Shown here: positions 21,753 to 30,916 of the stretch, in pieces
Layout of the letters: the number at the start of each line of letters is the position of its first letter
How positions within the stretch are numbered: position 1 is the stretch's first letter
DNA from: Chthoniobacterales bacterium
GTDB lineage: Bacteria; Verrucomicrobiota; Verrucomicrobiia; Chthoniobacterales; Chthoniobacteraceae
DNA length: 64,000 bases
Direction: 5' to 3'
NCBI GenBank assembly: GCA_038207335.1
Contig: JBBQZX010000004.1
Location: forward strand, 32,001-96,000
The notes under the pieces: generated by a model
What the model saw: the letters and a program-made list of their open reading frames with translations, nothing else
What the model was told of the DNA's origin: nothing
The model's database searches: none
Translations under genes and position numbers: made by a program

Positions 21753-21775
21753 CCGGGCCGGATTTTGTTCCGCTG

Positions 21776-22654
21776 CTACGCGCCAAGACGCCGTGCCGCG
21801 TCGATCGTATTCGCGATCAGCATCGCAATCGTCATCGGTCCCACGCCGCCTGGCACCGGCGTGATCGCCCGGCACTTCGACGCGACTTCGTCAAAAGCCA
21901 CATCTCCCACCAACCGCGACCCCTTCTCCACACTCGAATCCGCGATCCGATTGATCCCCACATCAATCACCACTGCTCCCTCGCGGACAAAATCGCCTTT
22001 TACAAAATGCGGCTGCCCGATCGCTGCGATCAAAATATCCGCCGAGCGGCACACGCCCGCGAGATCGCGCGTCCGCGAGTGCGCGACCGTCACCGTCGCA
22101 TCCCCTCCCCGCCCTTTCTGCATCAGCAAAAGCGCGAGCGGTTTGCCCACGATCATGCTCCGCCCGAGCACCACCACATGCGCGCCCGCGGTCTCGATCC
22201 CAGACTCGATCAGAAGCCGCTGACACCCCAGCGGAGTGCACGGCACGAAGCCATCGCGATCCCCGAGCGCCAGCTTCGCCACGCTCACCGGATGGAATCC
22301 ATCGACGTCTTTCCGGGGATCGATCGCCTCCACCACTGCCCGCTCGTCGATGTGCGAAGGCGGCGGCGACTGCACCAAAATTCCATGCACCGCCGCATCT
22401 GCATTCAGCGCCCGCACCACCGCGATGAGTTCCTCATGCGATGTCGCCGCCGGTAGTTCATGCTTCACCGAGTGCATCCCCAGTTCCCGGCACATTTTGT
22501 CTTTCGAGCGCACATACGCCCGCGACGCCGGATCATCGCCGACCAGCACCACTGCAAGCCCCGGCACCACTCCGCGCGTCCGCATCTCCGCGATGGCCGC
22601 TCGAGACTCTTCGTTGATTTTCTGCGCGATGGCTTTCCCGTCGATGAGTTGCAT
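21776..22654 (-). CDS. folD: Methylenetetrahydrofolate dehydrogenase/cyclohydrolase FolD
   Basis: 'IDGKAIA', 'KDVDGFHP', 'PCTPLG', 'GRSMIVGKP', '[16 protein letters not shown]'. Confidence 0.96.
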   Translation of the reverse strand: MQLIDGKAIAQKINEESRAAIAEMRTRGVVPGLAVVLVGDDPASRAYVRSKDKMCRELGMHSVKHELPAATSHEELIAVVRALNADAAVHGILVQSPPPSHIDERAVVEAIDPRKDVDGFHPVSVAKLALGDRDGFVPCTPLGCQRLLIESGIETAGAHVVVLGRSMIVGKPLALLLMQKGRGGDATVTVAHSRTRDLAGVCRSADILIAAIGQPHFVKGDFVREGAVVIDVGINRIADSSVEKGSRLVGDVAFDEVASKCRAITPVPGGVGPMTIAMLIANTIDAARRLGA

Positions 22655-22813
22655 GAGCGCGACTTTCTACCGCGCCCTGCACCTCCGGGGAATGCCGATT
22701 TTTTTACACTGCGCCGGAGTATCCAGCTCCCTCCCATCACTCCTTCGCTGCTTGGCGATCAAAAATTCCCTCACCTCGTCGCGCGCCGCGGTTAAAAAAA
22801 CTCAAACGAACAG

Positions 22814-22841
22814 TTGACAAGCTGCGCAGCCCTGCTCAACT
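22814..22841 (+). promoter_or_regulatory. Putative sigma-70 promoter of the RRM gene
   Basis: Perfect TTGACA at 22814-22819; only a weak -10 candidate (TCAACT, 22836-22841). Confidence 0.4.
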
Positions 22842-22996
22842 CCCGCTCGCAAAGTCAGAGTTAAAGTTCAGTAGTTGGTGGATTGCTAGTTGTGTGAGCC
22901 GCGCGGGTAAGTTCCGCGCACTTCCAGTGGCAGTTTGAAATCCGATAACGGAAACAGCCGCAGAAGCTCCACTTTGTTTTAGAAACACAACTCAGT

Positions 22997-23368
22997 ATGT
23001 CAGCCAAACTATACGTCGGGAATCTCTCCTTTGACGCAACCGAGATCGAACTTCAGGATCTCTTCTCCGAAGCCGGCACCGTTCAGGAAGCCGCGCTCAT
23101 GCAAGACAAATTCACGGGCAAATCCCGCGGCTTTGCCTTCGTCACCATGTCCACGCCCGAGGAAGCGCAGAAAGCGATCAGCCTCTTCAACGGAAAAACC
23201 ATCCAGGGTCGTCCCCTCACGGTCAATGAAGCGCGTCCGCGCGAAGACCGCACCGGTGGCGGCCCTCGCCGCGACTTCGGCGGCGGTGGTGGTGGCGGCG
23301 GGGGTGGCCGTCGCGACTACGGCGGTGGTGGTGGTGGTGGGGGTGGTGGCCGCGAGCGCCGCTACTAA
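22997..23368 (+). CDS. RRM RNA-binding protein with Gly/Arg-rich tail
   Basis: RNP2 'LYVGNL', RNP1 'RGFAFVTM', '[10 protein letters not shown]', poly-Gly RGG-type tail. Confidence 0.95.
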   Translation: MSAKLYVGNLSFDATEIELQDLFSEAGTVQEAALMQDKFTGKSRGFAFVTMSTPEEAQKAISLFNGKTIQGRPLTVNEARPREDRTGGGPRRDFGGGGGGGGGGRRDYGGGGGGGGGGRERRY

Positions 23369-23399
23369 GCGCATTTCCGCACTCAATTCAGTTCAACGG

Positions 23400-23432
23400 A
23401 ACGCCCCGACGAAAGTCGGGGCGTTTTCGTTT
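23400..23432 (+). terminator. Rho-independent terminator of the RRM gene
   Basis: Stem AACGCCCCGAC-GAAA-GTCGGGGCGTT followed by T-rich sequence. Confidence 0.85.
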
Positions 23433-23506
23433 CCGAAAAGCAACGACACCGCGAGCACGGTGCCGTGAAGGGGAATGCGCCGTCGCTTCCGTCGGGGACT
23501 CAGAGC

Positions 23507-23544
23507 AAAAAAACGCCCTCACCGCATCGCTGCAGGAGGGCGTT
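23507..23544 (-). terminator. Rho-independent terminator of the 23564-23881 gene
   Basis: Stem AACGCCCTC/GAGGGCGTT with an A7 run on the plus strand (U-run on minus). Confidence 0.7.
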
Positions 23545-23563
23545 GATTTGAAACTTCAGCGCG

Positions 23564-23881
23564 TTACTTCGCCGCTTCGACTTTCGTCAGCGCGATCGTC
23601 TTGTGCCCGTCCTTTTCAGTGATCGTCCCTTCGGCGTTCACCTTCTCGGATTTCTTGCAAATCTCCGAGTGGAAGTCTTTCGCGACCTTGTTGTTGTCGG
23701 CGAGGATCGTTTCGGACTTGCCGCTGGCGTCCGTGATTTTGATGGCCATCTGGCAGGCACTGGCTTCCTTTAGGTCGCATTTGGCGCAGACCGCTTCGCC
23801 GGTGATTTTAGTATCTTCCGCGCTGGCCGAAAGGCTCAGGACTGCGAGAAGTGTGGAACTGAGGAGTGCTAGTTTTTTCAT
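23564..23881 (-). CDS. Small secreted protein, DUF6370-like
   Basis: Signal peptide; 'ITGEAVCAKCDLK...CQ.AI', 'FHSEIC'. Confidence 0.75.
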   Translation of the reverse strand: MKKLALLSSTLLAVLSLSASAEDTKITGEAVCAKCDLKEASACQMAIKITDASGKSETILADNNKVAKDFHSEICKKSEKVNAEGTITEKDGHKTIALTKVEAAK

Positions 23882-23960
23882 GGGTTTGGTAGTTTGAGCA
23901 GCCGCGCGATTCGCGCAACCGCGGAGTTCTCTTGTGCCCCATTCTTGCGAAAAAGCAAAC

Positions 23961-24188
23961 TCAACGAATCACCGCACCCGGCAAGTCGGCGTCGCCATTG
24001 TCGCCGACGGGCACCGAAACATCCGCCCGCTCATTACCCGCCGGTTGGAGTTGCCTCCCCTCCGCTTCCGCTGACATGACCGCGGCCTGCCTTTCGTAAT
24101 ACGAATCGTCCAATCCGTTGCTGCACGCGGAGATGGCGGAAGTGGCGGCGATGGCGGCGAGTTGCGCGAATCGGAGAGATACATTCAT
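23961..24188 (-). CDS. Small hypothetical lipoprotein
   Basis: 'MNVSLRFAQLAAIAATSAISACS' lipobox-like signal; 75 aa. Confidence 0.45.
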   Translation of the reverse strand: MNVSLRFAQLAAIAATSAISACSNGLDDSYYERQAAVMSAEAEGRQLQPAGNERADVSVPVGDNGDADLPGAVIR

Positions 24189-24210
24189 TGGTGTTCGGTC
24201 TGTCGGCGTT

Positions 24211-24909
24211 TCACTCTTTAGAGTCATTGTCCGCATCGAGTCCAGAAGACTGAATACCGAACCCCGAAGGCTGGTCACTGCACACTGCCACAGCGCGGAT
24301 TGGCGAGCCGTCGAGCCCCGCTAATTGCAAAGGAAAGCCGATAAACGTGAACTCCCCATCCGGCAGTTCTGCGAGATTCGCGAGCGACTCGACGATCACC
24401 ATCTCGATTTCTGGCGCGAGCAGGATGTGGTGGATTTCAAAGTAGTCCCGCCCCGGCGTTGGCAGGTCCATTCCGATCATGCGCAGCTTCCTCGAAGCAA
24501 GATACCGTGCGGCCTCCTGCGTAATTGATGGGAAATCCGTGAAGTATTTTTCAGTCCCAAATTCCCGCTCCCATCCTGTCGCGACGAGGATGCGCGAGCC
24601 CGGAGTCAGCGCAGCTTCGTGCCGTGCAAAATCTTCCGCCGTGATCTCCTCGCGCGCCGCCTTGGGGAGTCGCAACACACGCGCCGGGCCGCAAAACCAA
24701 TCGAGCGGCATCGCCTCGATCGTACGCCCGCCCTCGACGAAATGGGACATCGCATCGAGATGCGTCCCCTGATGCGACCCCATCGCGATCCTCGACACAT
24801 TGCAGCGATCCGTCGCGATCGTCGCGTGCGGTGAAATTCGCAACACCGGATCGTTTGGAAAACTCGGAAGCCCATCGCGGAGCGAGTGAGTGAGATCAAT
24901 GAAACGCAT
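24211..24909 (-). CDS. Cyclase-family metallohydrolase (kynurenine formamidase-like)
   Basis: 'IDLTH', 'HQGTHLDA', 'IGMD', 'IVESLANL', 'GLDGSPIRAVA'. Confidence 0.9.
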   Translation of the reverse strand: MRFIDLTHSLRDGLPSFPNDPVLRISPHATIATDRCNVSRIAMGSHQGTHLDAMSHFVEGGRTIEAMPLDWFCGPARVLRLPKAAREEITAEDFARHEAALTPGSRILVATGWEREFGTEKYFTDFPSITQEAARYLASRKLRMIGMDLPTPGRDYFEIHHILLAPEIEMVIVESLANLAELPDGEFTFIGFPLQLAGLDGSPIRAVAVCSDQPSGFGIQSSGLDADNDSKE

Positions 24910-24953
24910 GACGCCCTGTAGCCGGGATCGTCGATCCCGGCTACAACCGAGCC

Positions 24954-25724
24954 ATGATTTCCCTCCGCGCTCTCACCAAACGCTTCGGCGCGCAGACCGC
25001 CGTGAACAGCCTTTCGCTGGAAATACCCGCTGGGCAAATCGTCGGCTTTCTCGGGCCGAATGGCGCGGGCAAAACAACCACTTTGAAAATGCTCACTGGC
25101 ATCCTCGCCCCGACCAGCGGCACGGCCGAGATCGCTGGCTACAACTTGATGCGCGAGCCACTGGAGGTGAAGCGTCGCGTCGGATTCGTCCCGGAATCAG
25201 GTGCGGTTTTCGAGGCGCTCAGCGGGCAGGAATACCTCGAAATGGTCGCCGCGCTTTACGGCATCGGAGAGGCGCAGGCGCGCGAGCGGATCGCGCAATT
25301 CATCGCGTTCTTCGACCTCACACCCGAGACACTCACGGACAAGCTGCTCAGCGCATATTCAAAAGGAATGCGCCGCAAAGTCGTCATCATCGCCGCGCTG
25401 TTGCACAATCCGCCCGTCATCTTTTTCGATGAGCCGCTCGACGGGCTCGATGCCAACGCTGCCGTCGGCTTCAAGGCGCTCATCCAGACGCTCGCTGCGG
25501 ATGGCAAGACGGTCGTCTATAGCTCACACATTCTCGACGTCGTCGAACGCGTCTGCGATCGGATCGTCATCATCGACAAAGGCCAGCTCGTTCTCGACGG
25601 CGCGCCAAATGCGCTGCTCGCCGAGCACGGTGACGCAACGCTGGAAGCGCTTTTCACGCGCGTCACCGGCGGGCAGATGCTCGAGGAAAAAGCGGCAGAT
25701 TTCGCCCGCACTTTTCGCCCTTGA
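24954..25724 (+). CDS. ABC-2 type transporter ATP-binding protein
   Basis: 'GPNGAGKTT', 'YSKGMRRK', 'FDEPLDGLD', 'SSHIL'. Confidence 0.92.
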   Translation: MISLRALTKRFGAQTAVNSLSLEIPAGQIVGFLGPNGAGKTTTLKMLTGILAPTSGTAEIAGYNLMREPLEVKRRVGFVPESGAVFEALSGQEYLEMVAALYGIGEAQARERIAQFIAFFDLTPETLTDKLLSAYSKGMRRKVVIIAALLHNPPVIFFDEPLDGLDANAAVGFKALIQTLAADGKTVVYSSHILDVVERVCDRIVIIDKGQLVLDGAPNALLAEHGDATLEALFTRVTGGQMLEEKAADFARTFRP

Positions 25725-27355
25725 ACTCTCCCGCCACTCCCGCCGCGCAGTCCCGTGTGCTGCGCCGGCTCTATCTCACGCTCATGTTTCGCGGACGGCG
25801 AAGGCTCGCGGGCAGGAAGGTAAAACTGAGCGACCCGATGCGCTCGTTCATGGGCTCGCTCGCGCTTTTCGCCTGCTTCGGCTGCACCGCGTTTGCGTTC
25901 ATGCGTTTTGGCTCGATGCCATTCGCGGCGTGCATCCACGCCACCACATTTCTCCTCGTCGGGATCAATCTCGCAACGACCAGCAGCACATTGCTTTTCA
26001 GCCCCGAGGAAGCCGACATCCTGCTCCACCGCCCCATCGAGCCGCGCGCTCTTCTTGCCGCCAAACTTCGCGTTCTCTTTTCGGTCAGCCTCGCGCTCGG
26101 GCTGGCGTTCAACGTCGTTCCATTGGTCCTCGGCGTGATTCGCCCCGGGGGCACCTGGCTCTTCCTCGCGGCGCATCTTTTCTCTGTCTCACTGGAAGTG
26201 CTTTTCAGCGCGAGCTTCATCGCCCTCGCGTACAATTTATGCCTCCGATTTTTTGGCCGCGAGCGGCTGGAAAATCTCATCACCGCCGTGCAAGTCACCG
26301 TCGCCATCGGCGCAATGGTCGCTGGTCAGCTCGTGCCGCGGCTCATTGCCGCGCTCGATGAAAAAGCGCTCGCTCACGCTCCCGCATGGCTGCTCGCACT
26401 TCCGCCTGCTTGGTTCGCCGCGCTCGACCATTTGCTCACCGGGGGCGCACCCACCGCCGGGATGCTGCGCCTCGCATCCGCGGCGATCTTCATCACCGCC
26501 ATCGTCACCTGGCTCGGCGTTTCGCGGCTTGCGGGCAGCTACGGAGAGGGCCTCGTCATGCTCAACGAAGCCGGAGCAAGTGCCGTGCGTCGCGGCTCCG
26601 ATCGCGCGCGGTATTCCTCATTTCTGCTCCGCCTTCCGCTCGTCGGATTCTGGCTGCGCGACCCCGTCGAGCGCGCCGCATTTCGCCTCGCGCTCGCCCA
26701 ACTCGGCCGTGCACGCAGCGTGAAATTGCGGGTCTATCCGATGCTCGCGCAATTTCTCGTCATGCCGCTCGTCATGTTTTTCGGAGTGACGCGCGGGGGG
26801 CCATTCGACTTGAAGCCCTTCCTGCTCGCATTCGCCGGCGCTTTCCTCGCCGTCATCCCAGCGATGGTCCTCGAGCCGCTTCGCATGTCGGAAGATTGGC
26901 TCGCCGCCGATCTGTTTCGACAAGCGCCGCTCGCGCGCATCTCCGCCCTTTTTCAAGGCACGCGAAAGGCAGTCGTCATCGCGCTCTGCCTACCGGGCCT
27001 GATCCTCGTGCTCGGCGTTGCGCTCGTCGCACTCTCGCAGCACACACAGCTCTTCCTCCTGCTGCCGGGGCTCCTGCTGCTCCCAGTTTTCAGCCTCGCC
27101 CCGGGACTCGGGCGGCCATTCGTCCCATTCGCGCGTCCCACCGAGCCACAGGCGCAAAATCTCAGCGGCTGCCTCTTCCTTTTCCTCAGCATGATGTCCG
27201 CCATCTCCATCGCCGGCATCGCCGCCTGGGCATGGATCACTGGTTGGTTTCACTGGCTCCTTTTGGGTGAAATCTTCGCTGCCCTCGCAGTCGCGCACCT
27301 CCTCCGAAACAGGCTCGCCAACACCGCGCTTCCTGAATCTGGCGAAAGTGCCTGA
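25721..27355 (+). CDS. ABC transporter permease (multi-TM)
   Basis: More than 10 hydrophobic helices; start overlaps the ATPase stop. Confidence 0.75.
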   Translation: MNSPATPAAQSRVLRRLYLTLMFRGRRRLAGRKVKLSDPMRSFMGSLALFACFGCTAFAFMRFGSMPFAACIHATTFLLVGINLATTSSTLLFSPEEADILLHRPIEPRALLAAKLRVLFSVSLALGLAFNVVPLVLGVIRPGGTWLFLAAHLFSVSLEVLFSASFIALAYNLCLRFFGRERLENLITAVQVTVAIGAMVAGQLVPRLIAALDEKALAHAPAWLLALPPAWFAALDHLLTGGAPTAGMLRLASAAIFITAIVTWLGVSRLAGSYGEGLVMLNEAGASAVRRGSDRARYSSFLLRLPLVGFWLRDPVERAAFRLALAQLGRARSVKLRVYPMLAQFLVMPLVMFFGVTRGGPFDLKPFLLAFAGAFLAVIPAMVLEPLRMSEDWLAADLFRQAPLARISALFQGTRKAVVIALCLPGLILVLGVALVALSQHTQLFLLLPGLLLLPVFSLAPGLGRPFVPFARPTEPQAQNLSGCLFLFLSMMSAISIAGIAAWAWITGWFHWLLLGEIFAALAVAHLLRNRLANTALPESGESA

Positions 27356-27439
27356 AGCTCTCATCACCCGTTGTGGTTGACGCTGGCGGGTACAGCGAAA
27401 GGTCGCCCTCTTCTGCATCAGCCCCCGATCCCCTCCGCT

Positions 27440-28318
27440 TCAGCCCGCGAACGCCGCGAAAACGCGGTGTCGTCCGGGGAAGCCCTTCAACTCGTGATCT
27501 CCGGGGATGGGTGCCGCGGGCACCACACCCTCCAGCAGCCTCGCCACTGGCTCCGTGAGACACATCGGAATCCCGAACCCGCCGGCCAGCTTCTCCACGC
27601 GGAAAGTCCGGTTCACTTCCGGCCCCATCAGGCTCTCCTCGCCACTGTTCGCGTTGCCACCGATCGCCACCGGCCCGCAGTTCACCACGACCCGAAACTC
27701 CACATTCCCCGTTGCTTGCACCTCGCGCAACGCGGTGAGCACCGCAGCCACGCGCGCGCTCGTTCCCGCCCCGTCGCGCCAAAAGGCCAGGAAGCCGTCG
27801 CCGAGATATTTGTTCATCGTCCCGCCATTCTGCTCGATGACCTCCTTGCACCCGCGCACCCAGCCGCCGACCAGCTCCGCGAGTTGCTCCGGCGCGAGCC
27901 GCTGCGAGAGCGCGGTGAAATTCACGAGATCGGCGATCAGCAGCCAGCAGCGCTCATTGCGAATGTCCACCATCGTCGCCCCGCCATTGCTCGTCTCCAT
28001 GTCCCCCGTCACCCGCGCTTCGCTTTGCCGGAAAGTGAAGAGCGCCTCGCAGATCGCGATCTGGTCGCCATCGTGCAGCTTCACCGGCTGAGCCACCCGC
28101 CGGCCATTGCGCAGCGTGCCGTTGCTGCTCCCGAGATCGATCAGCCAAAATTCATCGCCCTCCTGCGCATGGATCACCGCATGGCGCCGCGACACCCGGG
28201 ACTCCTGGATGCAGACCGTATTTTCCGAGGAGCGTCCGAACGAGCAATTGCCCCGCAGCGCCGTCCGCGCGCCCGCCGCGTCTTCAAGCCACGCCTCATT
28301 GAGATCGGGGGGAATCAT
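27440..28318 (-). CDS. FHA domain + class III adenylate/guanylate cyclase
   Basis: FHA 'FGRSSEN...VSRRHA...DLGSSNGT'; cyclase 'LIADLVNFT', 'NKYLGDGFLA', 'LMGPEVNRTFRVE'. Confidence 0.92.
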   Translation of the reverse strand: MIPPDLNEAWLEDAAGARTALRGNCSFGRSSENTVCIQESRVSRRHAVIHAQEGDEFWLIDLGSSNGTLRNGRRVAQPVKLHDGDQIAICEALFTFRQSEARVTGDMETSNGGATMVDIRNERCWLLIADLVNFTALSQRLAPEQLAELVGGWVRGCKEVIEQNGGTMNKYLGDGFLAFWRDGAGTSARVAAVLTALREVQATGNVEFRVVVNCGPVAIGGNANSGEESLMGPEVNRTFRVEKLAGGFGIPMCLTEPVARLLEGVVPAAPIPGDHELKGFPGRHRVFAAFAG

Positions 28319-28369
28319 CGACCGTTCACTAGTGCAAATCTTGCGCCCAAAGCGAGCATTCCGTGCGCT

Positions 28370-29743
28370 TCAGCCGACGCTCACGGCAAACCTGGCCGCA
28401 CCGATCTCCAGCGTCTGCCCGCTCGTCAGCGGCGCGATGCAACCAGACTCCAGCACCCCCTCATCGAGGCGAACTGCCGTGGAAGTGAGGCGCAGATTCG
28501 CCAGCCAGAAGCAGCCGTGCCTGTAGAGAAAAGCCAACGGCCCGAGCTGCTCTTCCCGGCTCCAGACCAGCTCGCCCGAGGGTGTCACCTCGCAGCAGAT
28601 TTCCGAGAAAAGCCACACGGCGTTTAGCAGCACCGGCTGACCATCCAGCGGCTCGAAGATCACGGCACCGTGTTCGGCGTGCAGCGGCGCGGCGTCCGAC
28701 GGAGCGCCGCCCCAGTCCGCGAGATTGGCGATCCGCGCATCACTCAGCCGCCGACCGGGCAGCGGGACCACCTGCAGACGATACCCCGCACCCGCAGCGC
28801 CGAACGTCAGCACCCCGGTGCCGGTCAGTGCCATCGGCTGCGTGGGGTCGAGTGCCGCATCGTTGAATGTGGAGCCGTTCGTGCTCGGCTTCTCGCCGTC
28901 CCCGTCGCGCAGCGCCAGGCCCGCAGCCGTCGCTTCTGCACACGCATGGACGCGGCTGAGCTGCTTGCTGCTTTCCGAGTCCTGCTGGCCCGCCACACCT
29001 GCACGGACGGGAAAATCCGACTGACTACGCGAGCGCCCGAGACGAAACTGCGCGCGCGCCACCAGCCGGACGGGAGGATGCGTCGAAAGATCACCCGGCT
29101 CGAGCCGCAGCACATCGCCCGGCTGCGCGCGGTCCAGCAGCCACCGCGGGATGCGCAGCTCGCGACCCGGGACCCCGCCGCCCCTTCGTCCCCGCTCGGC
29201 GATCTGCCCCGCCATCGCACCCTCCCAGGCCCGCCAGAAGCCCCGGCAATCCGCGAACCCGCCGCGCACCGCCCGCGCCACCACATCGTTGCCCGCTTCG
29301 TTCAGCGCGGCCACGGGCGATATCGCATGGCCCGCCACCGCACGCCGATGCCCGCCGATCAATTCATAAACGAGCATCGCCAGCCGCGCCGGCGCGCTCC
29401 CATGCGTCGCGCCCGCGAAATCCATGATCGTGCTGACGCCGACCGTCTCGGTCCCACCCGCATCTTCTCGCCAACGGAGGCAAAACTCCGGCCACTCGTG
29501 AATGCTTCGCGCCACCCAATCCCCCCCCGTCGGCGTGGACCCCGCCCTGCCCTCCAGCCATGCCACCTCCAGCGCAGACACCAGCGGCGAGTCATGCGCA
29601 TCCGCCTCCGCATCCAGCAGCGCGGGCAGCTTCGCGCAAAGTCGCGCCACCTCATCGACAGGCACCGCCCTCCGACGTCGGAGCACGTCAGTCAGCGCCA
29701 GCGCGGGGTTACGGTTCGAGTCGGAGTTCAAAGTGGCAGGCAC
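28370..29743 (-). CDS. Degenerate kinase C-lobe + FHA domain protein (putative adaptor)
   Basis: 'LAMLVYELIGG...NDVVARAV...FADCRGFW' resembles a kinase C-lobe without HRD/DFG; FHA-like 'FRLGRS...LSRVHA...STNGS'. Confidence 0.55.
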   Translation of the reverse strand: MPATLNSDSNRNPALALTDVLRRRRAVPVDEVARLCAKLPALLDAEADAHDSPLVSALEVAWLEGRAGSTPTGGDWVARSIHEWPEFCLRWREDAGGTETVGVSTIMDFAGATHGSAPARLAMLVYELIGGHRRAVAGHAISPVAALNEAGNDVVARAVRGGFADCRGFWRAWEGAMAGQIAERGRRGGGVPGRELRIPRWLLDRAQPGDVLRLEPGDLSTHPPVRLVARAQFRLGRSRSQSDFPVRAGVAGQQDSESSKQLSRVHACAEATAAGLALRDGDGEKPSTNGSTFNDAALDPTQPMALTGTGVLTFGAAGAGYRLQVVPLPGRRLSDARIANLADWGGAPSDAAPLHAEHGAVIFEPLDGQPVLLNAVWLFSEICCEVTPSGELVWSREEQLGPLAFLYRHGCFWLANLRLTSTAVRLDEGVLESGCIAPLTSGQTLEIGAARFAVSVG

Positions 29744-29834
29744 TCGACGTCTTCGGCAGCTCCGTGGCGATGCGGAAGCAGCACCGGTGGTTGGCCCGCA
29801 GTTCCCGCGTTCTCCGCCGCACGCATCCTTCCCG

Positions 29835-30486
29835 CTACGGTACTGGCGGCACCGGCGGCACCGGCGGTGCGGGAGGCGGGGGCGGCGGATTGTAAGTCGT
29901 CGGCACCGTGCCGCGGATCATGTCGCCCTCGGCCGTCCCGGCGGGATAGACTCGCGTCGCCGCCGCATACCACGCCTCATTGCGATCCTCCATGACCAGC
30001 GCCATCTGCGCGAGCTTCTCCGCCTCCTCGCGCCACGCCCGCGCGGTGGTCGCTGTAGGCTTTTTGCAAAGACTCCACGCAGGTCAGGCGCAGGGCTTTG
30101 AAATCGGCCAGCGTATTGGCCGGCAGCGGAGCCCACCCGGGCGCGACTTTTTCCCAGGCGGATTCCCAGGCCAGCGCCTCCGCCAGCGTCTCGCTGCGGC
30201 TGGTGCCGCGCGCGCTGAGCAAGCGCAGATTTTGAAGCTTCGCCGGGTCGTCGCGAAATTTGGCCTTCGCCATGCCCACGCCTTGCATGGTGCGGCGGTG
30301 CAGCACGTCGAGCTGGGTATCCCATTCGCCCCGCGCCGCCAGCATCGCGGCCTCAGCATCGGCCGCCAGCTCGCCCTGCATGGCATTGAGGTCCATTTCG
30401 TCCCACACCCACACATCCCCGAAAGCGGTGGCCGCGGCGATGGTTTTGACTCGGCGGTCTTTGATGAAGTCGATGCTTTGGCCCAT
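29835..30486 (-). pseudogene. Hypothetical ~216-aa helical protein with Pro-rich tail, interrupted by a +1 frameshift at 30038-30040
   Basis: ORF MGQSIDFIKDR...AYSDHRA continues, after removing one G of GGG, as AWREEAEKLAQMALVMEDRNEAWYAAATRVYPAGTAEGDMIRGTVPTTYNPPPPPPAPPVPPVPPVP* (TAG at 29835-29837). Confidence 0.65.
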
Positions 30487-30530
30487 GGGGAGTGTGTTTG
30501 GAGGTGGGGAAGTGGCGCTACTGGGGGCCG

Positions 30531-30560
30531 ATGAAAGGCCCCCTGCCGTCCGCCTGTCAA
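30531..30560 (-). promoter_or_regulatory. Putative sigma-70 promoter of the 30486 gene
   Basis: Minus-strand TTGACA (30560-30555), 18-nt spacer, TTTCAT. Confidence 0.4.
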
Positions 30561-30687
30561 GTCCACGGCGCTGGTAGCGGCTCAGTTTGTTAAAAATTGC
30601 AGGGCGGGTGCTCCGCCTACCCGTGGCAACCCGAGCGGTCGCCCTCCAATTCGCCGCGCTGTCTGAGCCACGACGCGAGTCCCGCCC

Positions 30688-30872
30688 CTCCTACGCCTCG
30701 CCCCGGCTCTCCTACGTATCGACCCAGCCCTCCTACGCCTCCTCCCGGCCCGCCTACGCCGTAGGAAGGCTAGGTCGATACGTAGGAGACAAAAGCGCCT
30801 GTGTAGGAGACTCAGGAGGAGACCACAGAGAGCCAGGTCGAGACCTAGGAAGCCCCCGCGCTGGCGTAGGGG
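30688..30872. repeat. 21-bp-period repeat array that inverts at its centre (long hairpin)
   Basis: CTCCTACG-type cores at 30688, 30709, 30730, 30751; reverse-complement CGTAGGAG-type cores at 30760, 30781, 30802, (30823), 30844, 30865. Arms 30708-30737 and 30760-30789 pair at 28 of 30 positions. Confidence 0.9.
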
Positions 30873-30916
30873 TCGCGCGCCGACCCGTCAGCCAGCCACG
30901 CGCCTGCCGCCCGCCC

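Noticed and set aside
23278..23352. GGT/GGC trinucleotide runs as a contingency repeat
   Set aside because: They encode the ordinary poly-Gly tail of the RRM protein, and slippage would stay in frame.
24211..24909. 'Cyclase family' protein as part of cAMP signalling
   Set aside because: It is a kynurenine-formamidase-like metallohydrolase (HxGTHxD), unrelated to nucleotide cyclases.
27440..28318. Pycsar/CBASS anti-phage system
   Set aside because: The cyclase is FHA-fused with adenylyl-type residues and has no adjacent cNMP-TM or TIR effector. The cNMP protein 18 kb away is an Fe-S fusion.
30688..30872. CRISPR array interpretation of the 21-bp repeats
   Set aside because: The conserved core is only 8 bp with 13-bp spacers, orientation flips midway, and no cas genes are present.
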